From contig JANRJA010000056.1 in assembly GCA_033764315.1 (NCBI GenBank), forward strand, positions 1-64,000: 64,000 bases of DNA, read 5' to 3'. The notes beneath the pieces were generated by a model, which was not told the origin of the DNA, did no database searches, and saw nothing but the letters and a program-made list of their open reading frames with translations. This document shows, piece after piece, positions 27,800 through 38,067 of the stretch. Made by a program: the position numbers and the translations under genes. Numbering within the stretch: position 1 is the stretch's first letter; every line of letters starts with the position of its first letter. The DNA comes from Oculatellaceae cyanobacterium bins.114. Lineage in GTDB: Bacteria > Cyanobacteriota > Cyanobacteriia > Elainellales > Elainellaceae.

Positions 27800-27907
27800 T
27801 TATTTGAGGATGCCGAAATAATAAGCAGCCACAACAAAGTTGACCACGAGCAACAAAAGTGCCCAAGCGGTGCGGAAGGTATAAGGAGGTTTTGCCTTTG
27901 AGGTCAT
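27800..27907 (-). CDS. psaX: Photosystem I 4.8 kDa subunit PsaX (not in ORF track)
   Basis: Manual translation gives MTSKAKPPYTFRTAWALLLLVVNFVVAAYYFGILK*, matching the PsaX pattern P.Y.FRT.W..LLL..NF.VAAYYF. Confidence 0.95.
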   Translation of the reverse strand: MTSKAKPPYTFRTAWALLLLVVNFVVAAYYFGILK

Positions 27908-28153
27908 AGAGATTCAGTTCCTAATTATTGAATTGGTTATGAACTCATCACCGCCCATTATTGAATAATCTGTAGCACACCAAAGCATTTGTTGAAAAAA
28001 CTCAATATTCTGTCAAGACAGTTGATACAAGGGGGCATGGGGCTTCACCCCAAACCAAAGGGCTAAGCTCCCGACGAAGCCCCTGTACTCCATCTAAAAA
28101 GATAGAAATTGTAAGTCTCATTCAGATTCTCGATTTTCCAGTGCCCTTTCTCC

Positions 28154-29092
28154 TCAACCTGCTTTCCCAGCGTGGTAAGAACTCCGAACCAAAGGCCCCG
28201 ATCGCACATGGCTAAAGCCCATTTCACGAGCGATCGCCCCCAATCGTTCAAACTCCTCAGGAGTCCAATACCGTTGCACAGGCAAATGATCGAGTGACGG
28301 TCGCATATATTGACCCAGCGTGAGGCGATCGCACTTTACCTGGCGCAAATCCTGCATGGCCTCAATGACCTCTGCCTCAGTTTCACCATGCCCTAACATC
28401 AAGCCCGACTTTGTAGGAATGGTTGCATCCAGTTCCTTAACGATCTGGAGAACCTGCAGCGATCGCTCATATTTTGCTCCCCGTCGCACCGGCCCCTGAA
28501 GCCGTCTGACCGTCTCAATATTATGGTTATAACAAGCAGGCTGAGCGGCAACAACGGTCGCAATGTGTCTGCGTTGAGCAACATCCCCCTCTAGACCAGC
28601 CCAAAAATCAGGAGTCAACACTTCAATCTGAGTATCTGGATTGACCCCTCGAATCGCATTCATCGTTTGAGCAAACCACCCCGACCCTTGATCAGGCAAA
28701 TCATCTCGCGCAACAGACGTTAGCACCACATACCGTAGCCCCAGTAATCGCACCGACTCCGCCACTTTTTGGGGTTCCGCTGGATCAAGAGGCATTGGGG
28801 CATGTCCCTTATCCACCTGACAAAACCCACAAGCCCGCGTGCAGGTGGGCCCCATTAGCAAAAATGTTGCTGTCTGGTTGGCATAACACTCCCCTCGATT
28901 GGGACATCGCCCCTCTTCGCAGATCGTATGAATCTGACGTTGCTTAACGATTTGCTGAACCGTCGAAATCTCACTCGCCTTACCGATGGGACGACGCAAC
29001 CAGGCAGGCAAAGTTTCGTGAGGCAGTTCACGATTGGGCGATCGCTTCATAGATGGGGCAGAGTGTTCAGTTTCAAACGACATAGAGTTCAA
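28154..29092 (-). CDS. lipA: Lipoyl synthase
   Basis: [12 protein letters not shown] auxiliary cluster motif, CTRACGFC radical-SAM motif, C-terminal RSSYHA. Confidence 0.97.
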   Translation of the reverse strand: MNSMSFETEHSAPSMKRSPNRELPHETLPAWLRRPIGKASEISTVQQIVKQRQIHTICEEGRCPNRGECYANQTATFLLMGPTCTRACGFCQVDKGHAPMPLDPAEPQKVAESVRLLGLRYVVLTSVARDDLPDQGSGWFAQTMNAIRGVNPDTQIEVLTPDFWAGLEGDVAQRRHIATVVAAQPACYNHNIETVRRLQGPVRRGAKYERSLQVLQIVKELDATIPTKSGLMLGHGETEAEVIEAMQDLRQVKCDRLTLGQYMRPSLDHLPVQRYWTPEEFERLGAIAREMGFSHVRSGPLVRSSYHAGKAG

Positions 29093-29876
29093 AGATCTGG
29101 ACGATTACGCTTAGGGAAGATGCCTCACATCGCATTCACAATCAGCATTCCACTCTCAAAAGATTGTCAGCTAACCTTGAAATTGACCATTAATTCAGAC
29201 AAAACCAGTCTCAATTGTAAAGCAACCTCCATTAAAAGTTCTGCCTCTCGGTTTAGAGGCGCAAGCAGGTATGAAAAGCAAGTAGGAGCTAGAGTATCTG
29301 AATCTTTTGCTACTTCAGCGATGCCTCTCGCTGCAAAATCAACAGGCAAGCCCCTCGCCATAACCGCATTTATTGAAGAATGTGTAAACATCGCATATAA
29401 CAGGGCTATCTTGCGACGGATGCCATTTAAAGTTATTGATAAGGAGAGTTCCAACCCCTCCTAAGTCATACTTACCAGTCATACTTACCCAAATTCTAGC
29501 CTCGTCCGTCGAAGTACAACTTTAATCAACACCTTAAAAAATTAATTAGTCATTGACTTATTTAGCTTTTGTGCATGAAACGCTAATATTTGGGATATCT
29601 AAGAACATAAAGCGCAACTTGGTTTAAAAGCAAAATTGATACCGCCTGAAATGAGAGCTATTCTGCCATTGAGCAGTTACACTAGTTCATGCTGACATAT
29701 GTAGGGTTTGCAACTTACGGTGAGAATAGCTTTGACTGACTTGGAGCGAATGTCATATTACCAATCTCCGCTTTCTCTATACCAAAGTTGAGTCCCATTG
29801 TCAGGATGAAAAGAGGCGATGTCACCGAAGCCTGACCTTTCATTTGTTCCTTCAGTCACCACCAGAGGAGTCCGTC

Positions 29877-30437
29877 GTGGCAAGTCACAAGATTCTGGTC
29901 ATTGATGACAGCAGAGTCATCCGTAATATGGTTCGGGATATGTTACCAAAAGGTAATTTTGAGGTCCTAGAAGCCAAAGATGGTGTTGAGGGTCTTAACA
30001 CCATTCATCAAGAGCGTCCAAATTTAATCATGTTGGATTTTCTTCTACCCCGGATGAGTGGGTGGGAAGTGTTTCAGCAGATTCAAGCGCAACCTGACCT
30101 GAGAGCACCCTTAGTGCTAATGTCTGGACGCAAAGAAGAGGTGACTGAGAAAATTCCAGAACCCTTTGAGTATTTTGAATTTATTGAAAAGCCATTTGAG
30201 CAACGCGAATTAGTCGATGCCATCAAATCGGCAATGGCAAAGTTTAAGAAATGGCCTCAGCCAACGATGTCAGCCGCAGCAACCGCCGCTGCCGCCGCTG
30301 CCGCTGCAAGCGATGCATCTGGTTCAGCTGAGATCGAGGCATTAAAACAAAAGGTTGATAAGATGCAGACTGAAATTGATCTGTTGAAAAAGCAACTGGC
30401 GCAGATTTTGACCTTTGTAAAACAAAAGCTCAAGTAA
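29877..30437 (+). CDS. Response regulator (receiver domain + Ala-rich linker + coiled-coil tail)
   Basis: KILVIDD, MLDFLLP, MSG, KPF; AGGAG at 29866 precedes the GTG at 29877. Confidence 0.9.
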   Translation: MASHKILVIDDSRVIRNMVRDMLPKGNFEVLEAKDGVEGLNTIHQERPNLIMLDFLLPRMSGWEVFQQIQAQPDLRAPLVLMSGRKEEVTEKIPEPFEYFEFIEKPFEQRELVDAIKSAMAKFKKWPQPTMSAAATAAAAAAAASDASGSAEIEALKQKVDKMQTEIDLLKKQLAQILTFVKQKLK

Positions 30438-30457
30438 GGTAGCCTCACAGGACAAAA

Positions 30458-30622
30458 ATGAGTTGGGAACCAGGAAATCCAAAAGGTTGGGGTGATCCAG
30501 CACCCATTGTCCTTGCGATCTTGTTGCTGGTCATTGCAGGAGCAGCCGTTGATAATTTTAATAACGTCTCTGCGGAACGCGATCGCTGTGAAGAGTTGTT
30601 GAACGGTTCACAGGTCAGATAG
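30458..30622 (+). CDS. Putative 54-aa single-pass membrane microprotein (not in ORF track)
   Basis: MSWEPGNPKGWGDPAPIVLAILLLVIAGAAVDNFNNVSAERDRCEELLNGSQVR*; AGGA 6 nt upstream of ATG; starts 20 nt after the response regulator stop. Confidence 0.5.
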   Translation: MSWEPGNPKGWGDPAPIVLAILLLVIAGAAVDNFNNVSAERDRCEELLNGSQVR

Positions 30623-30721
30623 GAGTGGCGAACTGTGGACAACTGGGGGCCCCAAAAACTGGGGGTCTAAACCCCAAAAGTTGCACATCGCATTTAGATC
30701 TCTAACAAATTAGATTCTTTT

Positions 30722-30761
30722 GATTGAGGGAGTGCCTACAAATCACGCACTCCTCTCAATC
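30722..30761. terminator. Hairpin between convergent genes
   Basis: GATTGAGGGAGTGC / GCACTCCTCTCAATC inverted repeat. Confidence 0.5.
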
Positions 30762-30799
30762 TGACAGAGGTCTATGACACAAACTGGGTTGATTGAGCA

Positions 30800-31657
30800 C
30801 TACACCTCTTCGTTGGGCAATGGATTAGCGAGATCTGGGATCACTACATTAGGTGAAAAAGGTTGCAATGGGGCAGAGTTAACCACCGTTGGATTGGCTC
30901 GCTGCAAAGCATCTGCCCAGTTCTTGGCTAACAACATGAAATCGGAGGGCATCATCAAGATCGTTGTGGTGTTATTTTCTGCGCCAATTTCAGTCAACAT
31001 TTGCAGTCGTCGTAACTCTAAAGCAACTGGATTCTCCACAATTTTCTGCGACGCTTCTGCCAGTTTGATTGAGGCTTCTTGTTCAGCTGCTGCCTTGATT
31101 AGCCGCGCCCGTTTTTCGCGAATGGCTTCCGCTTCTTTTGCCATTGCTCGTTGCATACTCGTGGGAATTTCTACATCCTTCATTTCGACTCGCTCAATCA
31201 CAATTCCCCAGGGTTCTGTAATTTCGTCTACAATCTCCTGCACTCGAACATTAATCTTGTCGCGGTTTTGCAACACATCATCCAAAATATTTTGTCCAAC
31301 CACGTTACGTAAAGTTGTCAAGGCAATTTGATAAACAGCCATCTGATAATTCTCAACCCGGTTAATCGCCTTGTTGGGATCAAGAATGCGGTAATACAAC
31401 ACGGCGTTCACTTTGACCGTGACGCTGTCGGCCGTAACTGTTTCTTGAGCCTGAATGTCAACCGTGCGAGTACGGATATCAATTTGCACTTTTTGATCAA
31501 CCCAGGGAACCACCCAATATAGACCCGGGCCTCTCACGCTTTGCAACCGCCCTAAACGATAAATCACACCCCGTTGATATTCTCGATCGAGCTTAAGACC
31601 TCCTGCGATCGCCCCCATAGTAAAAATAGCGAGCACTCCAACTAATGCTGCTCCCAT
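30800..31657 (-). CDS. SPFH/band 7 (slipin/stomatin-like) protein
   Basis: N-terminal TM, EYQRGVIYRLGR, GPGL, QETVTADSV, RAMAKEAEA.RE.RA; start at MGAALVG (GGAG upstream). Confidence 0.93.
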   Translation of the reverse strand: MGAALVGVLAIFTMGAIAGGLKLDREYQRGVIYRLGRLQSVRGPGLYWVVPWVDQKVQIDIRTRTVDIQAQETVTADSVTVKVNAVLYYRILDPNKAINRVENYQMAVYQIALTTLRNVVGQNILDDVLQNRDKINVRVQEIVDEITEPWGIVIERVEMKDVEIPTSMQRAMAKEAEAIREKRARLIKAAAEQEASIKLAEASQKIVENPVALELRRLQMLTEIGAENNTTTILMMPSDFMLLAKNWADALQRANPTVVNSAPLQPFSPNVVIPDLANPLPNEEV

Positions 31658-32179
31658 CGTTTTACAACTCCGCTTAAATATATCTATTCTAGAGGAGAAT
31701 TTTGTCGTGTCGAGGAATCTAAACAAAACCATCTATGATCATCTCGACCATCTTTTGAGGGCTAATTCTTAACCTCTTTATCTACAAATTAGCTATTTTG
31801 ATATTAAATAATCAGCACCCTAAAAATAGTTTCAGCGAGGTTATCTCTCTTAATTTAAAGATGATCTCTTAATAGAGAAAGTACCTAAATCTACTTTTTC
31901 AAAAATCTAGAAACTCAGGACATTTAATCACTCATCCATTCATTAAGGTGGCTTTATTTCATCCAAAAACTATGGTGTTGTTTGAGTCGTTGAATGAGTT
32001 TTATAAAATGATTATCGATGGTAGTCTAAAACTAGATAATTCACGATATCCCTCTAATTCTTTTGGGGCAATGGTTATCTCACAGCCGATTCACCAGATC
32101 TGTTGAATCGTTGCAAAACACCTGCAAAACAAATTTGCTAGCCTACAATAGAAGTAGTACAAAAGTATTTATTAGCCCT

Positions 32180-32707
32180 ATGGTTCAATATACATTGACT
32201 CAAAACTCAGACATTGTTTTAACCGTTCCTGGCAAAGACTCGCCTCAGGCTCGCAGTAAAGCGATGGATCAGTTAATCAAACTGGTAGAAGACGGTAAAA
32301 TTCCTGCTAATCTTTCCAAAGGATTTAGTCCTCAACAGTTTGTTGAAGTAGAAGAGCCAACTCCCATGACCGCTGATGCCAACGTACCTGATTCACTCAA
32401 TTCTGAAGACGCGCTTAACCAAGCCGTGCAAGTGCTTAATAATTTCGCTACTCTAAAACTCAAAGTTCAGGCATCTAAAACAGAAGCCATGAAGGTGCGT
32501 GCTCAAGTGGATAGTTTATTTACTGATGAGCCAGTCGATGAAGCAGAAATAGAACGATTAAAAGAAGGGTTCAAAGTTCTCAAGACCTTTGCTCAAGCCA
32601 ATATGCGCTATTCGGAAGCTCGTCCTCAAGCTGAGCAAGCCCGAATGGTGCTCGATCAAGCTTTGTCCTTAGACTCGACCTCAAGCTCACCCAAATCAGC
32701 TCGATAG
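32180..32707 (+). CDS. Hypothetical protein (cyanobacterial type)
   Basis: Long ORF with protein-like helical composition (MVQYTLTQ..LTVPGKDS..AR.KAMDQL); ATG at 32180 preferred. Confidence 0.75.
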   Translation: MVQYTLTQNSDIVLTVPGKDSPQARSKAMDQLIKLVEDGKIPANLSKGFSPQQFVEVEEPTPMTADANVPDSLNSEDALNQAVQVLNNFATLKLKVQASKTEAMKVRAQVDSLFTDEPVDEAEIERLKEGFKVLKTFAQANMRYSEARPQAEQARMVLDQALSLDSTSSSPKSAR

Positions 32708-33149
32708 TCTATTAATAGCGTCACCTGAGTGTCAGCAATTTTGTCATCGTTGTATAAATTTATATTGAAGGGGGGAATCACCCCCTTCACAAAATGCAAA
32801 ATACCGGGACAATATAGGGGGTCGCTTCTAGCGTGAGGGGGCTTACTGCTAGAAGCGACCTCTTTAAAAATTGGCGATCGCCCCACCCTCCGTGCAATAT
32901 TCGCTAATTGCACGAAAAAACCCAGCATCTCTGCTGGGCAATGACCATAGCACTCGAACCAAACCCCTGATCTGCATGCGCATTGCTGACGTAGGAGCGA
33001 CAACCGCCATCGCGATCGAAATTTAATTCTTTGTTACTAACAAAATACTGATGGTCAACCTCTGATCACTTCATCCGACTGTGTCACCTGGTTGGATGAT
33101 TTTTCAAAAATGCCAGAAGAGATGCGATTAGTCACATCTCTTCTTGACT

Positions 33150-35345
33150 TTAGACCAACTCGATTGCTCGTTTTGCGATCGCCTCTGGGGTAATGCCATT
33201 AAACGCCATCAACTCATTGGCGGTGGCAGTGGTTTCCCCCCGTCTCCAGGCAAAGGTATCTCGCTTTGCAGTGCTGCGCAGCATAACGGGTTCCAACATA
33301 CCGCTGGCTCCTCCCGTAACGCCGATCAGAGCGTCGCCCCCAAACAAAGCCTCAAAGCCAGCATCACTGAGAAAGGCACCATCGGGTTCAGAGCACGTAT
33401 CCCAGGCCACATCATGGGGACGATACAACCGACGAGGATTGACGACCGACACAATGCGACTGCCAATGCCCTGAGCTTCTAGCTGCTTAGCGGCTTCCAT
33501 CACTGGATTGAGCACCATATCTCCAACGACTGCAAAAACAACCGTTTTAGTACCAGAGGTCTCACTTAAGGCGATCGCCCCATCCTGCAATGCCTGGCGA
33601 GTCTGGTCAAACGTAGTGCGAATCGGCAGCGGAGATTTGCTAGCGGTAATCACAATCCCTTTATTAAGGGTCGTGAGTGCCCAGTCGTAGCACACCTGAA
33701 TGCTGTTGGCATCGGGTGGAAACAGCGGGAAGATGTTGCCATTGCGCATCATGGCAGCGAAGTATGCCTCAATTTCAGGGCGTTGATGTGTCCAGCCGTT
33801 GCGTCCTTGCTCCAGTGCTCCTGCGGTAAACAGCGTAATGGTGGATGGCGTAGGGCGACGCAACTCTGTCATGGCCTGAGTCACCGTTTGCCAAATGGGT
33901 AAGCCATTGATCGCAAAGGATTCATAGGAACACCAGAGAGTGCGTGATCCCATGAGAGACAGCCCCGCTGCCAAGCCAGCACAGGCATCTTCACTCAAGG
34001 GTTCATACACTTGCCCACCGGGTTGTTGAAAGTAAAGAGCATCTTCAACCGGGTGATTGATTTTGAGTGCCTGGTTAATATTGCCAATTCCAGAGGCTTC
34101 GTTGCCATCGGCATTAGTGACAACAAAGGCGCGATCGCCCTCCCCCACCTTTGCCACTAATCGACCCATTGTCGTGGTTGATACCTTCGGCTCGCCCCCC
34201 ACCGGATATTCCTCTAACGGCAGGTTAGTGGCAGGCAGATGCAACTCCGAAAATTCTGTCACAACGGTTTTAGCCGCAGGGCCGCCACCTGCCCGTTCAC
34301 AATTTGTCCGCACCAGTTCCCAGGCATCAGCAGATAGCGATCGGGTCTTCAGTGCCTCCATAATATGAGGACTATCTAACGTATCTTTGGGGTAAAGGTT
34401 GTGGGATTTGGCACCTCTCGCATGTACTCCTGCGCCTTTGAGTTGTTTGATGATAAAGGCAGTCAGCTTGCCACTGAGAGCAGATTTTGCAGCCTTATCA
34501 ATGCCAGCCAACACCGCTTGAGTAAATGCCAATCGCTGCTCAAACGAGAAGATCGTGCTATCGATGTAGTCACCCGGTTGATTTTGGTCATCAAACTCTT
34601 TAGCATCCACCAACACGACTTCTTCAAACCCATTGCCATGCCAGTAGGCCAGCATGCTCTCGTTGGTCTTGGTTGACACCATACTGTGGTGTTCTTGCGA
34701 GAACCCGTTCCACACTAAGATTGGCAGAAAGTTGGTGGCGTGAGGATAGGCCGTGTTGAAGTGGGCGATCGCACTCATAATATAAGGCTCACCCAGACCC
34801 CCATCGCCCACGGTAAAGGGAAACAGCTTGTCTTTGTGGAGTAACGCAGCAGCCAACGCAAAGTGCTGTCCTTGCCCTAAAGGACCTGCTGGAGCCAATA
34901 ATCCGGGGATAAAGCCAGAGAGGTGCCCCAGCAACCCATGCCGTTCTCGGAAGCGATCGCGCAACTGTTGCACGCTTTGGATGCCCATCTCTTCTAACGA
35001 GCGATCTAAAAACATGGCACTGTAAAAGCCTGGAGCGTGGTGCCCCACCTCAGTGATGATGTTTTTATAGCCCAACATAACCAGGGCAGCATAGGCTTCT
35101 GCTTGACTGGCAAACCCACCGGGATGCCCAGATGCCTTGCTACCAGTCACTTGCAGAGTCAGATACCGCAAAGCATCCGCATATAACAAGGTTTGATAAA
35201 CCGCTGCGGCATCAGTCGGATCAGCAATAGCTACCTGACCGGGGGCGATCGCAGGCTCTTTCCCTAGGGTCTCAAAGTGAGGCAGCGTTGCCCCAAAATA
35301 CTGAATTCCCTCACAGAAAGTAGGAATAGGGGTTACAGCCGTCAT
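33150..35345 (-). CDS. Phosphoketolase/transketolase-like ThDP-dependent enzyme
   Basis: SGHPGG, GHHAPG, GHLSG..PG..APAGPLGQG, ThDP motif GDGGLGE...N, NADGNEAS, SYESFA, RNGWTHQ. Confidence 0.88.
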   Translation of the reverse strand: MTAVTPIPTFCEGIQYFGATLPHFETLGKEPAIAPGQVAIADPTDAAAVYQTLLYADALRYLTLQVTGSKASGHPGGFASQAEAYAALVMLGYKNIITEVGHHAPGFYSAMFLDRSLEEMGIQSVQQLRDRFRERHGLLGHLSGFIPGLLAPAGPLGQGQHFALAAALLHKDKLFPFTVGDGGLGEPYIMSAIAHFNTAYPHATNFLPILVWNGFSQEHHSMVSTKTNESMLAYWHGNGFEEVVLVDAKEFDDQNQPGDYIDSTIFSFEQRLAFTQAVLAGIDKAAKSALSGKLTAFIIKQLKGAGVHARGAKSHNLYPKDTLDSPHIMEALKTRSLSADAWELVRTNCERAGGGPAAKTVVTEFSELHLPATNLPLEEYPVGGEPKVSTTTMGRLVAKVGEGDRAFVVTNADGNEASGIGNINQALKINHPVEDALYFQQPGGQVYEPLSEDACAGLAAGLSLMGSRTLWCSYESFAINGLPIWQTVTQAMTELRRPTPSTITLFTAGALEQGRNGWTHQRPEIEAYFAAMMRNGNIFPLFPPDANSIQVCYDWALTTLNKGIVITASKSPLPIRTTFDQTRQALQDGAIALSETSGTKTVVFAVVGDMVLNPVMEAAKQLEAQGIGSRIVSVVNPRRLYRPHDVAWDTCSEPDGAFLSDAGFEALFGGDALIGVTGGASGMLEPVMLRSTAKRDTFAWRRGETTATANELMAFNGITPEAIAKRAIELV

Positions 35346-35543
35346 GAATTTAGATACCTCTTAGGAAATGCGCGATGAATCGTATCGGTTTCAAACCTTA
35401 ATATTTGATCGTATAGCCTGACGTGTTCAGAAGAAAACTAATGAGTTTTTATAGTTTCTATAAGCCCCAGTTAGACCGTAAATTCCTTTAAAGAAATGGT
35501 TCACACAACCGATTGTAAGCTATGCTCTCAGAGAGACTTTGAA

Positions 35544-35639
35544 TTCGGCGGTCAGTTTAGTTTGTATTCTATTGACAGACAGCTCTCCGAAATTTGGATC
35601 TCTTCACTATATAATTTGAGCTTGGTTTTGGAGTAGCTT
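35544..35639 (+). promoter_or_regulatory. Conserved 5' leader of cold-inducible cyanobacterial rbp genes
   Basis: TTCGGCGG (35544) and TCTCCGAA (35584) boxes able to base-pair, plus TTTTGGAG RBS, as described for Anabaena rbp leaders. Confidence 0.65.
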
Positions 35640-35969
35640 ATGTCGATTTATGTAGGAAACCTGCCCTACAGTGTAACTGAGGAAAGCCTTAGTTCAATCT
35701 TCACTGAATTTGGCACCGTAAAGCGTGTCCAAACTCCCCTTGATCGTGAAACAGGGCGTCCCAGAGGATTCGCATTTGTTGAAATGTCAACAGAAGCTGA
35801 AGAAGCCGCCGCAATTGAGGCGCTCGACGGTGCGGAGTGGATGGGGCGTGACTTAAAAGTCAACAAAGCTAAACCCAGAGAAGAACGAGGCTCATCCTCA
35901 CGGGGCGGCGGCGGTGGTTGGGGTAACAATAACCGTAGTGGCGGTGGCGGCGGTCGTCGTCCGTATTGA
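35640..35969 (+). CDS. rbp: RRM RNA-binding protein with Gly-rich tail
   Basis: RNP2 IYVGNL, RNP1 RGFAFVEM, Gly-rich C-terminus ending RRPY. Confidence 0.96.
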   Translation: MSIYVGNLPYSVTEESLSSIFTEFGTVKRVQTPLDRETGRPRGFAFVEMSTEAEEAAAIEALDGAEWMGRDLKVNKAKPREERGSSSRGGGGGWGNNNRSGGGGGRRPY

Positions 35970-36017
35970 TTAAATAGGCATTACAATGCCTCTAAAACAG
36001 CAATACATTACTCCAGT

Positions 36018-36062
36018 CTCTGGCAGATAAAGAGAGCTGCTTGATTCTGCCAGAGGCTTTTT
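36018..36062 (+). terminator. Hairpin + T-run after rbp
   Basis: CTCTGGCAGA / TCTGCCAGAG followed by GCTTTTT. Confidence 0.6.
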
Positions 36063-36128
36063 GCTCATTTTTGCTAAGAACGGTTGATCTAGAATTTGTT
36101 GTCGATGAATTAGGAGGAATATCACAAC

Positions 36129-36323
36129 GTGACTCAAATTATTTTGGGCGAAAACGAGGGCATTGATTCAGCACTACGTCGATTTAAGCGGCAAGTTTCC
36201 AGAGCTGGTATTTTGCAAGATGTGAGAAAAAATCGGCACTTTGAAACTCCCTTAGAGAAGGCAAAGCGCAAAGCCATCGCTCGCAGACGGCAACGTCGGT
36301 TTAACTCTCGCCCTAAAGGCTAA
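36129..36323 (+). CDS. rpsU: 30S ribosomal protein S21
   Basis: [20 protein letters not shown]....HFETP.EK.KRK; AGGAGG RBS. Confidence 0.97.
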   Translation: MTQIILGENEGIDSALRRFKRQVSRAGILQDVRKNRHFETPLEKAKRKAIARRRQRRFNSRPKG

Positions 36324-36518
36324 ATTGCAACTCTGACACAGTGGTAATCCATCCAATGGCTGGCAGTCGGTTCACAATGCTCAACGTTGTGTTTACCGAT
36401 GTTGTCCTAAGAACATCGCTTCAAAATGTGGATGGTTTATCCTGTTGTCCGTTGCACTTGATCGTTAGCGATCGCCTGCCTCACCAGTGCACAGTGTAAT
36501 CATTCCAAGGATTAACCT

Positions 36519-37562
36519 ATGCTTGCGCGATTGCTTTTGTTGTATTGCGGCTGGTTTTATATCCTGATTACCCTCCTCTGGCTAATTTTGCGGGCGATCG
36601 TGTTTGACCGCATCTGGTGGGTAGCAATTGCCAATTCTTACATCCTCTATTTCTTAGCCTTGCTGCCTCTATTGCTGATTGCTGCTGTCTGGGGGCGATG
36701 TTGGCGTTTGTTATTGGGGTTAAGCGTTCCAGTACTGGCGTTTTTAGGGCTATATGGAGCTTTGTTTGTTCCGGCGATCGCCAATTTAGCGTCTGGCAAC
36801 GGTTCTGCCGTCACAGTTATGACGTTCAACGTTTTGCTCGGCAACGTAGACGCTGCTCCGTTAATGACTGTTATTCGTGAGCATCATCCAGATATTCTTG
36901 GATTGCAGGAACTCACCCCCGAACTCGCAGATGCGTTGATCCCACAACTGATAAAAGACTATCCTTACACTACTGTTGAACTGCCCTTACAAAGCAAGTC
37001 AGAAGTTGTTGGCGTTGTCAGTCGTTTTCCCATTCAAGCTAAAACTACGTTTCCCTTGGGAGGAGTGCGCTACGGCATCAACGTCAACACCCAAGAAGAA
37101 TTCATCTTGCCAGGTCCGCGTCTGGGTACAAGAGCAACTGTGTTAATCGACCAGCAACCTGTTGAAGTAGCCGTCGTTGATTTGATGCATAATCCTTTGT
37201 TTTCAACCCCGTTAAACCAGTGGGGTGCAGCAGCAAGTGAATATTATCGCCAAAAAAAGTTTGAAATCGATCGCCTCAAGCAAGAGCTACAGCAAGAAAA
37301 CCACCCTTTTTTACTGTTGTGTGATTGCAATTTTCAAGACACCTCTGAATCCTATGCCCAACTGTCTCGCGTTGCACAGGATAGTTTTTATGAAAAGGGA
37401 TGGGGGTTAGGAAGGACAGCCGTCTTTAACTTGGGCTTGCCCACTCAACGGTTAGACTACATCTGGTACTCCAAAGAATTTAGACCCCTTGAGGCGATCG
37501 CGGGTCAAGATCGAAGCAGTTCTGATCACTTTCCTGTGATCGCCAAACTTCAGTTGCGCTAA
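36519..37562 (+). CDS. Membrane-anchored endonuclease/exonuclease/phosphatase (EEP) family protein
   Basis: Three N-terminal TMs; TFNV, LQE, CDCN, RLDYI, SDH.P. Confidence 0.88.
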   Translation: MLARLLLLYCGWFYILITLLWLILRAIVFDRIWWVAIANSYILYFLALLPLLLIAAVWGRCWRLLLGLSVPVLAFLGLYGALFVPAIANLASGNGSAVTVMTFNVLLGNVDAAPLMTVIREHHPDILGLQELTPELADALIPQLIKDYPYTTVELPLQSKSEVVGVVSRFPIQAKTTFPLGGVRYGINVNTQEEFILPGPRLGTRATVLIDQQPVEVAVVDLMHNPLFSTPLNQWGAAASEYYRQKKFEIDRLKQELQQENHPFLLLCDCNFQDTSESYAQLSRVAQDSFYEKGWGLGRTAVFNLGLPTQRLDYIWYSKEFRPLEAIAGQDRSSSDHFPVIAKLQLR

Positions 37563-37984
37563 TGCTTGACTCCGTCATTTTCAAATCCATTCGTAGTGCT
37601 CACACACTCACATTTTCTAACCCCAAACCACCCCATTGTCAGCACCCAGTCTCAACCTTTACAGCAACTTTGAGAGATAGAGACTGGGTTGTATCTACAG
37701 TGGTTTATCTGTATGAGCCAACTCACTTAGCTCATTTTTTTGAAGCGTTAGCTACCGATTGGCAGGGCTGGAATGAGCCAAAACAGTGGATCTCGATTGA
37801 GAGCCACATCACATTGCGCTGTGTATTTGAAGGATCCTCTGATTTATCTCCTGTTGTTGAAATGTCGGTTTCTTTAACTCCTGATCCTGATCAACCTGAG
37901 AAGACAGTACAAGGAATGATCTACCTCAAAGCAACTGAATTAGGGGCGATCGCCTTTCAACTCAAAAAATTCTTACATCTCTGA
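37562..37984 (+). CDS. Hypothetical protein, DUF6228-like
   Basis: L..FF..LA.DW.GW...K.W.S.E motif; TAATG stop/start overlap with the EEP gene. Confidence 0.7.
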   Translation: MLDSVIFKSIRSAHTLTFSNPKPPHCQHPVSTFTATLRDRDWVVSTVVYLYEPTHLAHFFEALATDWQGWNEPKQWISIESHITLRCVFEGSSDLSPVVEMSVSLTPDPDQPEKTVQGMIYLKATELGAIAFQLKKFLHL

Positions 37985-38067
37985 CAGAACTGACTGACAT
38001 TAACCCCTTCCGTTAGCCGAATAGCTCTCTTACAAATTGGTTTTTTGGAATGGAGGTTTAATAGTAT

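Noticed and set aside
32940..32970. GGTTCGAGT (minus strand) resembling a tRNA T-loop
   Set aside because: No T-stem, anticodon arm or acceptor stem can be formed.
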